Source of the DNA: an uncultured Gammaproteobacteria bacterium
GTDB lineage: Bacteria; Patescibacteriota; Microgenomatia; JALYQM01
Direction: 5' to 3'
Length of the DNA: 64,000 bases
Assembly: GCA_964535655.1 (NCBI GenBank)
Contig: CAZHTP010000001.1
Location: 250,862 to 314,861 of the forward strand
A program made the translations under genes and the position numbers. This document shows, one piece after another, positions 22,260-32,929 of the stretch. Within the stretch, counting starts at the first letter, position 1. The number at the start of each line of letters is the position of its first letter. A model generated the notes under the pieces. It saw only the letters and a list, made by a program, of their open reading frames with translations. It was not told the DNA's origin and made no database searches.

Positions 22260-23648
22260 ATGTTGCGTTATGACTATAGTTTTATGATGGATGATGTTGT
22301 TGGAGAGCATGGCACTACGGAATCATCGCTGCAAAAATTAAACGAGTCGTTGCTTTCAATGAGAAAAAGTTTCTTTATAGATTCTTCACCTAGACTTGGG
22401 TTTATGGAGTTGCCTTACGATACGACTAATGCCGACACTGTTATCAAGAAAGCCTCAGAGTATCAGTCGCAATTTGAGACATTAATTGTTCTTGGAATTG
22501 GTGGTTCAGATTTAGGCGCCCGAGCAGTAATTGCTGCATTACGCCATCCCTACTCTAATTTTATACATAGGGATAAAGGAATGCAGGTGTTTTTTTTAGG
22601 TGGCAACACTGATCCTGCTGAGATGCAATCGGTTATCGATATTATTGACTGGTCTAAAACTGCGATTAATGTGATATCTAAATCGGGTGATACTGTTGAG
22701 ACAATGTCGACGTTTATTTATCTGCGAGGGTTGTTGATTGACCATGTCGGGTATGAAAATCATGCTGTGCATATCATTTCAACTACCGATGCCCACAAAG
22801 GTACATTACGAACAATAGTTGAAAGAGAGGGATATGATAGTCTTGTTGTTCCTGATTCTGTAGGAGGACGGTTTTCAGTGTTAACGAGTGTTGGTCTCTT
22901 TCCCATTGCATGCGCTGGGATACCAATTTATTCACTTCTTGAAGGTGCAAAAGATTTAGTTGAGCATGTATTACATGCAGATCAATCCCTTATAGGTCCG
23001 GAACTGTTTGCAGCCTTTCATTATCTAGGCTTTACACAAAAAAAGCAGAATATTCATGTTCTTGTTCCGTACGCTGCTTTTCTTAAAGAAACAGGTTTTT
23101 GGTTTCGCCAATTATGGGCCGAAAGTTTGGGAAAGCGTGAAGACCTTGACGGAGTTGAAGTATATACTGGACCTACTCCCGTTGCTGCACTCGGAGCGAC
23201 AGATCAGCATTCTCAGTTTCAACTGTATTATCATGGGCCATTTGACAAAATATTTACGTTTATCCAAGTTGAACATTTTGCTGCAGACATGCAGGTACCT
23301 GCAGCATATGGGGATATTGAAGGTATCTCCTATATGCAGGGACTTTCGTTTGAGCAAATTATTACGACTGAATTAAAAGGTTCTTCTCTTGCACTTGCGC
23401 AACGAGGTCGCCCCAATGGTCGACTTATCCTTCCCGAACTTACACCCTATTACTTAGGTCAGCTTTTTCAATTTTTCGAAGTTGCTACTGCATACATGGG
23501 TGGATTACTCCATATTAATGTATATGATCAGCCTGCTGTTGAATTGGGTAAACACAATGTGTATGCATTACTGCACAGAAAGGGTTTTGAGAAAAGGGAA
23601 ACTGAATTAGAGAAATTGATGGAAAAATATGAGAATAGGATTGTGTAA
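22260..23648 (+). CDS. pgi: Glucose-6-phosphate isomerase
   Basis: GIGGSDLG, SKSGDTVET, VGGRFSV, QLWAESLGK, DQHS, DQPAVELGK. Confidence 0.95.
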   Translation: MLRYDYSFMMDDVVGEHGTTESSLQKLNESLLSMRKSFFIDSSPRLGFMELPYDTTNADTVIKKASEYQSQFETLIVLGIGGSDLGARAVIAALRHPYSNFIHRDKGMQVFFLGGNTDPAEMQSVIDIIDWSKTAINVISKSGDTVETMSTFIYLRGLLIDHVGYENHAVHIISTTDAHKGTLRTIVEREGYDSLVVPDSVGGRFSVLTSVGLFPIACAGIPIYSLLEGAKDLVEHVLHADQSLIGPELFAAFHYLGFTQKKQNIHVLVPYAAFLKETGFWFRQLWAESLGKREDLDGVEVYTGPTPVAALGATDQHSQFQLYYHGPFDKIFTFIQVEHFAADMQVPAAYGDIEGISYMQGLSFEQIITTELKGSSLALAQRGRPNGRLILPELTPYYLGQLFQFFEVATAYMGGLLHINVYDQPAVELGKHNVYALLHRKGFEKRETELEKLMEKYENRIV

Positions 23649-23734
23649 TTCTAGCTTAATAATGGCAAAAATAGCTTATTTTTCGCCTATAATATTATTA
23701 GACAAATTGTTATGGAGTCTACTAAGATAGAACT

Positions 23735-24037
23735 ATGTCAACCCTGCCTGACTTACTTGACGTAAGCTTACTATCAGAAAGAATTAGAAATGCACGTAAA
23801 CTTGCTAACCTTTCTCAAATTGATTTGGCTACTATGGTTGGTGTTTCAGATAAAGCGATCAGTTCTTATGAGGTAGGACGAGCTATTCCTCCACTGGATG
23901 TACTGAAAAAAATCAGTGCGGTCACGAGTAAGCCAATCGCTTTTTTCTTTAATGAAGATACTAATAACACGGCAGTACTGGAAAAGGTCGATAAAATGAT
24001 TGAAGAGCTAAATGATATTCGTAAGATATTTGGATAA
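23735..24037 (+). CDS. XRE-family HTH regulator
   Basis: IRNARK...LSQIDLATMVGVSDKAISSYEVGRAIP. Confidence 0.9.
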   Translation: MSTLPDLLDVSLLSERIRNARKLANLSQIDLATMVGVSDKAISSYEVGRAIPPLDVLKKISAVTSKPIAFFFNEDTNNTAVLEKVDKMIEELNDIRKIFG

Positions 24038-24056
24038 TCTGAATGGTTGTGATTTT

Positions 24057-24446
24057 ATGAAAACTGTGCTTGCTATTGATGATGATGAAGCAATTCTTGA
24101 TTTATTATCAAATGTCTTGGAAATTGAGGACGCAACTGTTTTTACTGCTTCAAATGCTAAAAATGCCTTAAAACTAGCTAAGAAATATAAACCTTCTGTG
24201 ATTCTCCTTGATCTTATGATGCCAGAGTATGATGGTTTTGAGTTTTTTACTATACTTAAGCAAATGCCCGAACTCACTAATACTCGCTATATTATGTTCA
24301 CCGCTCAGGATACTAAAATGAATTTGTGGGAAAGTATCGATTTAAGCTTTGATGATTTCATTTCCAAACCATTTGACCTGTCGGAACTGGAGATTCGTAT
24401 TCGTCATCAACTAAATAATACCGAGGGTGCTCGCGTTCGTCGCTAA
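24057..24446 (+). CDS. Single-domain response regulator receiver
   Basis: VLAIDDD, LLDLMMPEYDG, FTA, ISKPFD. Confidence 0.9.
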   Translation: MKTVLAIDDDEAILDLLSNVLEIEDATVFTASNAKNALKLAKKYKPSVILLDLMMPEYDGFEFFTILKQMPELTNTRYIMFTAQDTKMNLWESIDLSFDDFISKPFDLSELEIRIRHQLNNTEGARVRR

Positions 24447-24449
24447 GTC

Positions 24450-24785
24450 ATGAAACAATTTTTCAACTCAGGATTAAAAATATATATTCCTGAAACAATT
24501 TTCGAAAAAAGTCGCGGTATATTATGGCATGAGTCTTTGCTTGATTCTGGTTGTATGCTTTTCCCAAAATGTAACTGGGTGCATAGTTTTTTTCTTCAAA
24601 ATCCAATTAGATTGTATTTTTTAGATGAATCATTTTCTGTCGTAAATTCTCTCGCAAAGTTTCCTCCTAATAGATTTTCTCCATGGATATTTGGCGCTTG
24701 TTATACGCTGGAAACCTCTTTGGATTTTGATGAAAATTGTTTGCAAGAACTACTTCATTATTTTCAGCAAACTCTCAGCACTTGA
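24450..24785 (+). CDS. DUF192-like protein
   Basis: FEKSRGIL...MLFP..NWVHSFF...PIRLYFLD...PPNRF...YTLE. Confidence 0.7.
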   Translation: MKQFFNSGLKIYIPETIFEKSRGILWHESLLDSGCMLFPKCNWVHSFFLQNPIRLYFLDESFSVVNSLAKFPPNRFSPWIFGACYTLETSLDFDENCLQELLHYFQQTLST

Positions 24786-24857
24786 CCGTATTATTTGTTT
24801 ACTATACTATTGCTTTACGTAATTTTTTTGCATTAAAAAATCTAATATAAATAGAAT

Positions 24858-25793
24858 ATGATTAACGTACACAACTTACACAAATCGTATGCAGGCGTAG
24901 AAACACTGCATGGTATTTCCTTTACCATTAATAAAGGAGAGATAGTTGGTTTTCTTGGCCCTAACGGCGCCGGTAAAACAACTACAATGCGTATTCTCAC
25001 CGGATATATCCCGCCATCAAACGGAACGGTTAAAATTGCTGGATACGATGTAATGGATGATTCGTTACATGCTCGTCGTCATATTGGCTATCTCCCTGAG
25101 TTGGTTCCACTTTATACTGATTTAACAGTACGAGAATATTTAGGTTTTTTTGCAAAGATAATGAGAATCCCTAAGGCTTCGGTAAAACGAGAGATGTCTG
25201 ATGTGATGGAGAAAACTGGATTAACTTCAGTATCAGGCAAATTAATAGGTTCTTTATCTCGTGGATATCGTCAGCGTGTTGGATTGGCACAAGCGTTAAT
25301 AGGAAGACCGGAGGTTCTAATTTTGGATGAACCTACAGTAGGCCTTGATCCGGTTCAAATCATTGAAATTCGCGAATTAATTAAAACACTTGCTAAAAAT
25401 CAGACTGTTATTCTCAGTACTCATATTCTGCCTGAAGTAAGTCAAATTTGTGATCGAGTCCTTATTATTAATAAAGGAAGTATTGTTGCTGATAGTAATG
25501 TTCACGACTTAACTAGTGGTGATAAAACTCGTAGTGTTGTTAAGCTTACAGTCGGTGGAAATGGCCAAAAAGCACTATCTCTTATTCAGGGATTTGCCGG
25601 GGTTAACTCCTCTGAACTTAAGTCAAATGATAATGAAAGCATTATCACTGTTGAATCAAAAAGTGATATCCGTCAATCGTTGTTGAAGTCGCTTATCTCT
25701 CAGGATATTCCTGTGCTTGAGTTTAGCGGAGAAAAAGTAGATCTTGAAAGTGTCTTCCTGAAGCTTGTAACTGAAGAGAAAGGTACCAAATAA
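24858..25793 (+). CDS. ABC-2 ATP-binding protein (GldA-like)
   Basis: GPNGAGKTT, LSRGYRQR, LDEPTVGLDP, STH. Confidence 0.92.
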   Translation: MINVHNLHKSYAGVETLHGISFTINKGEIVGFLGPNGAGKTTTMRILTGYIPPSNGTVKIAGYDVMDDSLHARRHIGYLPELVPLYTDLTVREYLGFFAKIMRIPKASVKREMSDVMEKTGLTSVSGKLIGSLSRGYRQRVGLAQALIGRPEVLILDEPTVGLDPVQIIEIRELIKTLAKNQTVILSTHILPEVSQICDRVLIINKGSIVADSNVHDLTSGDKTRSVVKLTVGGNGQKALSLIQGFAGVNSSELKSNDNESIITVESKSDIRQSLLKSLISQDIPVLEFSGEKVDLESVFLKLVTEEKGTK

Positions 25794-25795
25794 CT

Positions 25796-26503
25796 ATGTT
25801 TAATAATATTTCAGCTATCTACCAAAAGGAGCTGCGTTCTTATTTTAGCTCACCAATTGCATATATTGTTATTGCAATGTTTTTATTCTTGGCGGGATTT
25901 TTCTACTATTCTGCAGTAGTGCAATATAAAATGGCGACACTCGATGCCCCTTTTTCTAATGTTGTTATTATTTTGATTTTTCTTATGCCGCTTTTAAGTA
26001 TGAAGCTTTTGTCGGAAGAGAAGAAAAGTGGAACTTTAGAATTGCTTCTGACAAGACCCATTCGCGAGATTGACATAGTACTCGGTAAATATTTTGCTGC
26101 AGCTACGGTTTATTTAGTTATGTTAATCCCCACTGCTATTTATGGAGTGGTTCTCTATACAATTGCAAAGCCAGACTTATATCCAATGCTTACACAATAC
26201 GCAGCGGTATTTCTAGTTGGCTTATCCTTTCTTGCGTTAGGTCTGTTTGCTTCTTCACTTACAGAAAATCAGATTGTTGCAGCGGTTGTCGCATTTACCT
26301 TTATTCTTGTGTTGTGGTTACTTAACTGGTTAACCGGTTCTCTTGGTGAAGATAATGTTATCAGTTATTTTGCAATCTCGAGCCATTTTAGCGACCTTAT
26401 TAGTGGCGTTATTGATGCCCGGGATGTTGTATTTTATGTATCGTTTATTTTCTTCTTTATATTCGTTTCTGCAAAAGTTATTGATTCTAAGCGATGGGCG
26501 TAA
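25796..26503 (+). CDS. ABC-2 permease (GldF-like)
   Basis: KELRSYFSSPIAY, EEKKSGTLELLLTRP, GKY; 6 TM. Confidence 0.9.
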   Translation: MFNNISAIYQKELRSYFSSPIAYIVIAMFLFLAGFFYYSAVVQYKMATLDAPFSNVVIILIFLMPLLSMKLLSEEKKSGTLELLLTRPIREIDIVLGKYFAAATVYLVMLIPTAIYGVVLYTIAKPDLYPMLTQYAAVFLVGLSFLALGLFASSLTENQIVAAVVAFTFILVLWLLNWLTGSLGEDNVISYFAISSHFSDLISGVIDARDVVFYVSFIFFFIFVSAKVIDSKRWA

Positions 26504-26517
26504 AGGAATTATTTTAT

Positions 26518-27990
26518 ATGGACACTAAAAAAATCTTAAACTCGATAAAATCTTTTGGTAAAAAAAGCGGTGTTGACGCGATGCGTGTCGCTACTTCGCG
26601 ACAGATGCGATTTGGAAGTAACTCTTTAATTGCGATTGTTGCTTTCGCTGGTATTCTTGTTGTTGCTAATTTAGTGGTACGCAATATGGGGTGGCGACTT
26701 GATACTACCAAGAATAAACTGCACTCGCTTGCTCCTGAAACAGTTAAAGTTATTAAGTCAATTAAAAAGCCGGTTAAAGTGTATGTCTTTAGCCCAGCAA
26801 ATCAACAGCAAGAGGCGCGGGATTTGCTAAAAGAATATACGTCGAAGAATTCTAATATAAAAGTAGAATACGTTGATCCTTATTCAAATCGATCACTTGC
26901 TGAGCAGTATAAGATTTCTCGTTTAGGCACCACGCTTTTTACTATGGATGGTCGCTCTGAGCAAACTACTAATACCACTGAATCGGACTATACAACCGCA
27001 TTGCTTAAGATCCAAAATCCAAAAAAAACTACTGTTGCGTTTTGGGCTTCGAATGGAGAAAAAAATATTGATGATGTTGGTGATACAGGGTACAGTGAGC
27101 TTAAATCCACCTTAGAAAAACTGAATTACCAGATTGTTAAGCAGGATTCTGCTAAAGATCCAACAATAGCTTCTAGTGCAGCAGCAGTAGTTATTGCCGG
27201 CCCACAGACACCATATACTTACAAGCAGTTAGATGTTTTAAAGAATTATCTTGCGAGCGGAGGAAAATTACTGATAATGCTTGATGCTACGCGAAATAAT
27301 GTTAAAACTGGATTGGAGGATCTACTTGCTTCATACGGTATTGAAGCTAAAGCTGGTATTGTGATTGAACAAGATCCAAGTCTTTACTATCGTAGTCCAC
27401 TTAACCCCGGTGTAAAAACCTTTGAGCCGCACCAAATAACTGAAGGGTTGTTACCTGCTATTCTTGCGGGTGTGGAAGAGGTTAAGCCAGCTGGTAAAAC
27501 TCCTGATAATGCTACGGTAACAAGCCTCATGAAAAGTTCTGCTGCCTCATGGTTTGAAGTTTCACCCTTACAACTTGATCAACAACCATCAAAGAATCTA
27601 GCAGCCGGCGATGAAAATGGTCCTATTAGTATGGGTGTTGCAATGAAGTTCACTTCACCTAAAGATAACAAGGATGCTAAATACAAGACCCGTATTGTAG
27701 TACTCGGTGATTCAGATTTAGCGGCGAATGTGATTGTTGCATACGATCCTAACAAGGAATTAGTTAATCCTGCCAACCTAGACTTAGTTGTTAACTCGAT
27801 TAACTGGTTAACTTCACAGGAAGGTTTATATAATATAGTACCTAAGGATCGCACTCCACCTACTATTACCTTAAGTGATTCTCAACAACGCCAAATATTA
27901 TATCTTGTGTTGGTGGGGATGCCTGTCTTGGCTTTAGTAATAGGTTTAGTAATTTGGAGATTACGTCGACAAAATAGATTGAAAAAATAA
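26518..27990 (+). CDS. GldG-family ABC auxiliary protein
   Basis: RLDTTKNKLHSLAPET, EYVDP, IAGPQ, GGKLL, RIVVLGDSD, NSINWL; TM at both ends. Confidence 0.85.
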   Translation: MDTKKILNSIKSFGKKSGVDAMRVATSRQMRFGSNSLIAIVAFAGILVVANLVVRNMGWRLDTTKNKLHSLAPETVKVIKSIKKPVKVYVFSPANQQQEARDLLKEYTSKNSNIKVEYVDPYSNRSLAEQYKISRLGTTLFTMDGRSEQTTNTTESDYTTALLKIQNPKKTTVAFWASNGEKNIDDVGDTGYSELKSTLEKLNYQIVKQDSAKDPTIASSAAAVVIAGPQTPYTYKQLDVLKNYLASGGKLLIMLDATRNNVKTGLEDLLASYGIEAKAGIVIEQDPSLYYRSPLNPGVKTFEPHQITEGLLPAILAGVEEVKPAGKTPDNATVTSLMKSSAASWFEVSPLQLDQQPSKNLAAGDENGPISMGVAMKFTSPKDNKDAKYKTRIVVLGDSDLAANVIVAYDPNKELVNPANLDLVVNSINWLTSQEGLYNIVPKDRTPPTITLSDSQQRQILYLVLVGMPVLALVIGLVIWRLRRQNRLKK

Positions 27991-27998
27991 GAGGATAT

Positions 27999-28607
27999 AT
28001 GGGTAGATTTCGTTCAACCGCAGTATTAGTATTACTTTTTGTAGCACTTTTTAGCTACTTCTGGATTTACCAGAAAGATAAAAAAGCTCCTGAACCAACT
28101 CCTGATCCTGCTTCAGCTCCGTTAGAGTCGGTTGCTTTGGCAACTTTTAAAGCTGATGATTTAGCTGAAATCTCCTGGAAATCTGCTTCTTATTCGGCAA
28201 CAATTCAGAATTCGAGTGGCTGGAAGCTTACACAGCCTTCCCTGCCTTCAGATCCTATTAAAGTTAAATCATATGTAGATAGTGTTGTCTCTCTTTCGGG
28301 CTCACGTAAGTATGATTCTAAGGATTTATCTGCTTCAGAGACTGGGCTAGATAAGCCTTCCCTAACGGTGATTTTACAGAAAAAAGATAATTCATCGGAG
28401 ACTATTAAGGTTGGTAACAAAACTGTCGATGGAGATTACTATTATGCTACCCGCGATGGCTTTGACGCTATAACTCTACTTGGAACGTATGTGATTGATG
28501 ATATTAATAAAGATCCTAATACATTGAAGCCTGACCCTGCGTCTGCCTCCCCTGTTTCGTCGACAAGCGGATTTACGCCTGCAGGTTCAACTTCGCCGCA
28601 GTTTTAG
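27999..28607 (+). CDS. DUF4340-like protein
   Basis: N-terminal anchor, WKLTQP, GLDKP, IKVGNKT...YY; usual position after GldG. Confidence 0.7.
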   Translation: MGRFRSTAVLVLLFVALFSYFWIYQKDKKAPEPTPDPASAPLESVALATFKADDLAEISWKSASYSATIQNSSGWKLTQPSLPSDPIKVKSYVDSVVSLSGSRKYDSKDLSASETGLDKPSLTVILQKKDNSSETIKVGNKTVDGDYYYATRDGFDAITLLGTYVIDDINKDPNTLKPDPASASPVSSTSGFTPAGSTSPQF

Positions 28608-28695
28608 TGTTGGGACGAAGGTGTTTTTCTTAGAGTGTAGTTTACTTTCTCACTTACTTGTGATATGATTTATTAGTTTTGAAAGGGTTTTTCGT

Positions 28696-29016
28696 ATGCA
28701 AGCTATACATCCTACTTATTATACCGACGCTAAAGTGATTTGTTCCTGTGGAAGTACTTTTAATACAGGCTCGACTAAACAGGAAATCCGTGTTGAAATC
28801 TGTTCGTCTTGTCACCCAGTTTATACTGGTGTTAAGCGTTTAATTGATACTCTTGGACGTGTTGATAAGTTCAACATGGCTAAAAATGCTGCTGCAGCTG
28901 CCGCCGCTAAAGGTGTTTCAAAGAAAAAAGCTAAGATCGATGAGAAAGCAGACAAATCTAATGCACCTCGTACAATAAAAGAGATGCTCGAAATGATGCC
29001 TGAAGCAAATTCATAG
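28696..29016 (+). CDS. rpmE: 50S ribosomal protein L31 (Zn type, Ala/Lys-rich tail)
   Basis: IHPTY...CSCG...[12 protein letters not shown]...GRVDKF. Confidence 0.95.
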   Translation: MQAIHPTYYTDAKVICSCGSTFNTGSTKQEIRVEICSSCHPVYTGVKRLIDTLGRVDKFNMAKNAAAAAAAKGVSKKKAKIDEKADKSNAPRTIKEMLEMMPEANS

Positions 29017-29019
29017 TTT

Positions 29020-30090
29020 ATGGATTCCAAACTTGAATCGATTCTTGCCCGATATGAAGAGCTGACTGCTTCCTATGCTACTGAAGAGGTTACCAATAAT
29101 CCCGATCGCCTGGCCGAAGTTGGTCGTGAAATCAGTGAAATAACTGATACGGTTACGACCGCTAATGAGATAAAAAAGCTTGAAGAGCTGATTGCTTCTA
29201 ACGACGAAATGTTAGCGGATAAGGCTCTAGACCCCGAATTGGCCGAGATTGCTACGACCGAGAATACTGAGATGAAAGGGCGGCTTGTTGCCCTTCAGAC
29301 CCAATTAGAGGAGCTCCTGTACCCTTCCCCAGATGCAGCACTTGATAAAAAGAACATTACCCTTGAAATCCGTGCTGCTGCCGGTGGTGATGAATCAGGG
29401 CTATTTGCCTCTGAAATCTATCGTATGTATTGCCGCTTCGCTGAACTGCGAGGATGGGAAGTTGTCGAGATGGATAGAAACGAAGGTGGTATCGGCAATA
29501 TTAAAATGGTTGTCGCTAAAATTAATGGTAAGGATGTGTATGGTGACTTAAAATGGGAATCGGGTGTGCACCGCGTGCAGCGTGTTCCAAAGACCGAATC
29601 CTCGGGAAGAATTCATACCTCTACAGTAACTGTGGCCGTTATGCCAGAAATTGAAGAGAAAGAATTTCACCTTAACCCTGCTGATATTGAATTCGAAACA
29701 TTTCGTGCGGGAGGTCATGGTGGTCAAAATGTTAACAAAGTTGAGACTGCAGTTCGCTTAACCCATAAACCAAGCGGTATTGTGGTTGTTTGTCGTACCG
29801 AGCGTTACCAGGGAAGAAACCGGGAAATTGCTGAGAATTTGCTCCGATCGCGTTTATGGGAAATGGAACGTGAGAAAGCAGTTTCAGCAATTGAGTCGGA
29901 TCGTAAAGCCCAGGTTGGAACCGGCGACCGCTCAGAAAAGATTCGCACATATAATTTTCCTCAGTCTCGGGTTACGGATCATCGCATTAATAAATCTTGG
30001 TTTAATATTGATCAAATTATGGACGGTATGCTTGCTGATTTAATCACTGATGTGAAGGCGGGAATGATAGAACTTTCACATCAGGAGTAA
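29020..30090 (+). CDS. prfA: Peptide chain release factor 1
   Basis: [10 protein letters not shown] (PxT), [13 protein letters not shown]. Confidence 0.95.
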   Translation: MDSKLESILARYEELTASYATEEVTNNPDRLAEVGREISEITDTVTTANEIKKLEELIASNDEMLADKALDPELAEIATTENTEMKGRLVALQTQLEELLYPSPDAALDKKNITLEIRAAAGGDESGLFASEIYRMYCRFAELRGWEVVEMDRNEGGIGNIKMVVAKINGKDVYGDLKWESGVHRVQRVPKTESSGRIHTSTVTVAVMPEIEEKEFHLNPADIEFETFRAGGHGGQNVNKVETAVRLTHKPSGIVVVCRTERYQGRNREIAENLLRSRLWEMEREKAVSAIESDRKAQVGTGDRSEKIRTYNFPQSRVTDHRINKSWFNIDQIMDGMLADLITDVKAGMIELSHQE

Positions 30091-30101
30091 GCTTGTGTCT
30101 C

Positions 30102-31259
30102 TTACTGTCCTGCTTCTCCAATTGTTACCTGAGCTGTCTGTGTCTTATCATCCCGTACATACTTAAGTTCGACTGTCTGTCCAACTTTTAGTGTCTGAAT
30201 TACATCGGTAAGTGGATTGGATTCATTCAGTTTTTTCCCTGCAAGGTCAGTGATGATATCATCAGCTTTGATGCCTGCTTTATCGGCAGGGCCTCCATTA
30301 ACTACTTCAGCAACATAGGCGCCTTCAGGCATTTCATTTAACAATGCCATGCGCTTAGTGATCATTTGATAGCGAACTCCGATGTAGGGGCTAGATATTT
30401 TTCCTGTAGAAAAGAACTCGTTAATCATTGATTTTGCTGAGTTAATTGGAATGGCGAAACCAATGTTTTGTGCTCCCCCGCTTGCTGCTACTGCAGTATT
30501 GATTCCAATTACCTGGCCACCGATGTTTAATAATGGTCCGCCAGAGTTACCTGGATTAATGGCGGCATCGGTTTGAATGACATTTCCCAGTTTTTCAGAA
30601 GAACTACCGATGGAATCGGATGCTTCGATTTGGCGATCAAGTCCCGATACAACACCGACTGTAACCGTATTTTTAAACTCACCTAATGCATTTCCCATCG
30701 CGATAACGGTCTGCCCCACATCAAGCTGGGATGAATCGCCAAGCTCCATTGGGCGCAAGCCGGTGGCGTCAATTTTAATGATGGCGAGGTCTTTTAAAGG
30801 ATCTTTATTAATTTTTTGAACATCATATTTCTTATTATCGTTAGTTATAACGACATATCGACCTTCGGAATCTACAACATGCTTGTTAGTTAAAATTATC
30901 CCATCCTGCGCTACGATAAAACCGGTACCGATTCCCGATTCTGTATTCGAATTTGGCTGGGTAGGTTGTAAATCCTGACCAAAAATATTAAAGGGTGAGT
31001 TTCCGAAAGGGTTACGACTCGCGGCGGTTCTTTTTATTGCGATGGAAACAACGGAAGGTCCATCTTTTTTCACCACATCAATTACATCTGATTTCTCTTT
31101 AACTATCGTTCTTGTTTGAGTAGTAAAATTTTTTGTTGAAGCTGTTGGAAATGACATGTTACCAAGTTTTAATTTGGATGTGCGGACCGAAGCAAATAAT
31201 CCCAACCCTAGGGTAATTCCAAGGATAAGTAACACAATGGTACGTATTGAGTCACGCAT
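30102..31259 (-). CDS. HtrA/DegP serine protease with one PDZ domain
   Basis: TNKHV, DLA, QTDAAINPGNSGGPL, C-terminal PDZ. Confidence 0.93.
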   Translation of the reverse strand: MRDSIRTIVLLILGITLGLGLFASVRTSKLKLGNMSFPTASTKNFTTQTRTIVKEKSDVIDVVKKDGPSVVSIAIKRTAASRNPFGNSPFNIFGQDLQPTQPNSNTESGIGTGFIVAQDGIILTNKHVVDSEGRYVVITNDNKKYDVQKINKDPLKDLAIIKIDATGLRPMELGDSSQLDVGQTVIAMGNALGEFKNTVTVGVVSGLDRQIEASDSIGSSSEKLGNVIQTDAAINPGNSGGPLLNIGGQVIGINTAVAASGGAQNIGFAIPINSAKSMINEFFSTGKISSPYIGVRYQMITKRMALLNEMPEGAYVAEVVNGGPADKAGIKADDIITDLAGKKLNESNPLTDVIQTLKVGQTVELKYVRDDKTQTAQVTIGEAGQ

Positions 31260-31276
31260 TATAATCTCCAATCTTC

Positions 31277-31684
31277 TTATTTTTTTACTATTTCTATGGT
31301 GATTTTTTCATGGAACTGTCCAATTTTTATTTCTATTTTATGCGTACCGGCAGCTTTGATCGGCTCTTTTAGTAATATGTTTTCTTTTTTTAAACCAACT
31401 GCTTCGGCTATTTCTTTAGCGGTAATTGATCCGAACAGCTTGCCGTTCTCACCAAACTTATCTATTTTGATAGTAAAAGATTTTCCTGAGAAAGTGCTGA
31501 TCTTTTCTTGGTCTTCCTTGATTTGCTGGCGACGCGCATCCTCGTTTAATTGCAACTCTGCTTCGCGTCTTTTTAAATCCGCAGGAGTTGCAATAACTGC
31601 AAGCTTATTCGGTAAAAGATAATTTCGGACATATCCTTCGCTAACATCTTTTACCACATTGTCTTTGAGAAATATTACCTTCAT
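31277..31684 (-). CDS. rplI: 50S ribosomal protein L9
   Basis: MKVIFLKD..VKDVSEGYVRNYLLP, GKLFGSIT, PIKAAG. Confidence 0.9.
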   Translation of the reverse strand: MKVIFLKDNVVKDVSEGYVRNYLLPNKLAVIATPADLKRREAELQLNEDARRQQIKEDQEKISTFSGKSFTIKIDKFGENGKLFGSITAKEIAEAVGLKKENILLKEPIKAAGTHKIEIKIGQFHEKITIEIVKK

Positions 31685-32889
31685 TGTTTGACTACTTCGA
31701 TTGCCTTGATTAACTGTGGATCGCGTTTATTCAAAACATCCTCTTCTGTCAATTTTACCTCATAGTCTGGTTTTAGTCCAATTTTGTGTATCCATTTACC
31801 TGAAGGTAATAGCCATTTAGCTGTGGTAATGTGTAGTCCGGCTCCTCCAGAGAGGTTTTCTACTTCTTGCACGGTACCTTTGCCAAAGGAGTTTTCCCCT
31901 ACTAATTTAGCTATCCCACGATCCTGCAGGGCACCACCAACAATTTCTGAAGCCGACGCTGAGCCTTTGTTGATTAGCACTACAGTCTTAATCCCACCTA
32001 ATCGAGGTGAGTGATCTGCTTGCTCTTTTGACCTCTCACCTTTATAGTTTTCTGACCCCACGACTGTCCCGGTCATGAAGTCTGAATTAATAAATTTTGC
32101 TGTATCCAAGTAACCTCCTGGATTATTTCGTACATCTAAGACTAGTTTTTTGACATTTCCTTTTACTATTTGGTTGACTGCGTCATTCCATTCAGATTTG
32201 GTTTGATCACCAAACCGATTAATTGTTACATGCGCAATGGTATTGTTTTCGAGAAGCTCGATTTCTACACTTTTTATGATAATCGAATCTCGAATGATTT
32301 CTACATCCTTAAGATCTTTATCATTCTCGTGCTGAATTTTAAGTTTAACTTTTGTGCCTTTGGGACCTTTAATCTGATCTACTGCTTCCGGAAGAGAAAT
32401 TCCTACTGTATCTTTGTCATTAATCATCCAGATATTGTCTCCGGCGCGTAATCCGGCACGTTCTCCCGGTGTATCCTTAAGTGGAGAGATTACTACAAGC
32501 TGCTTATCTTTATTAAATCCCAATTGAACGCCAATACCTTCAAATGTACCACCAAGTTCCTCATTCACGTCATTATTTTGCTTGGCATTTAAATATACTG
32601 AATAGGGATCATCAAGGGCTGTTACTAGTCCTGCAGTAGCGCCCTCGATTAATTTCTGGCTATCGATTTTATCTTTTTCGACATATTTACTTCGAACGAT
32701 GTTATATACTTCCCAGAAGCGGGACATATTGGGAGATTTATTGGTATCGTTAGAAACAAATGGTATAGTAGGCAATGAAGATCCATATATGGAATTACTA
32801 TTGGTCCCAAGTTTCCAACCAATTAACAATGAAATGATACTGGTGGCACCAAGCGAGATAATCCATTTTTGATACGGTGATAAAGACAT
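31681..32889 (-). CDS. S41 C-terminal processing protease (CtpA)
   Basis: LDDPYS, GIG, PDZ, DVRNNPGG, SASASEI, SFGKGTVQ. Confidence 0.93.
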   Translation of the reverse strand: MSLSPYQKWIISLGATSIISLLIGWKLGTNSNSIYGSSLPTIPFVSNDTNKSPNMSRFWEVYNIVRSKYVEKDKIDSQKLIEGATAGLVTALDDPYSVYLNAKQNNDVNEELGGTFEGIGVQLGFNKDKQLVVISPLKDTPGERAGLRAGDNIWMINDKDTVGISLPEAVDQIKGPKGTKVKLKIQHENDKDLKDVEIIRDSIIIKSVEIELLENNTIAHVTINRFGDQTKSEWNDAVNQIVKGNVKKLVLDVRNNPGGYLDTAKFINSDFMTGTVVGSENYKGERSKEQADHSPRLGGIKTVVLINKGSASASEIVGGALQDRGIAKLVGENSFGKGTVQEVENLSGGAGLHITTAKWLLPSGKWIHKIGLKPDYEVKLTEEDVLNKRDPQLIKAIEVVKQ

Positions 32890-32929
32890 AAAAGCTATTG
32901 TAGCGGGTGGCTTTGAAGTTGTCCAGTGA

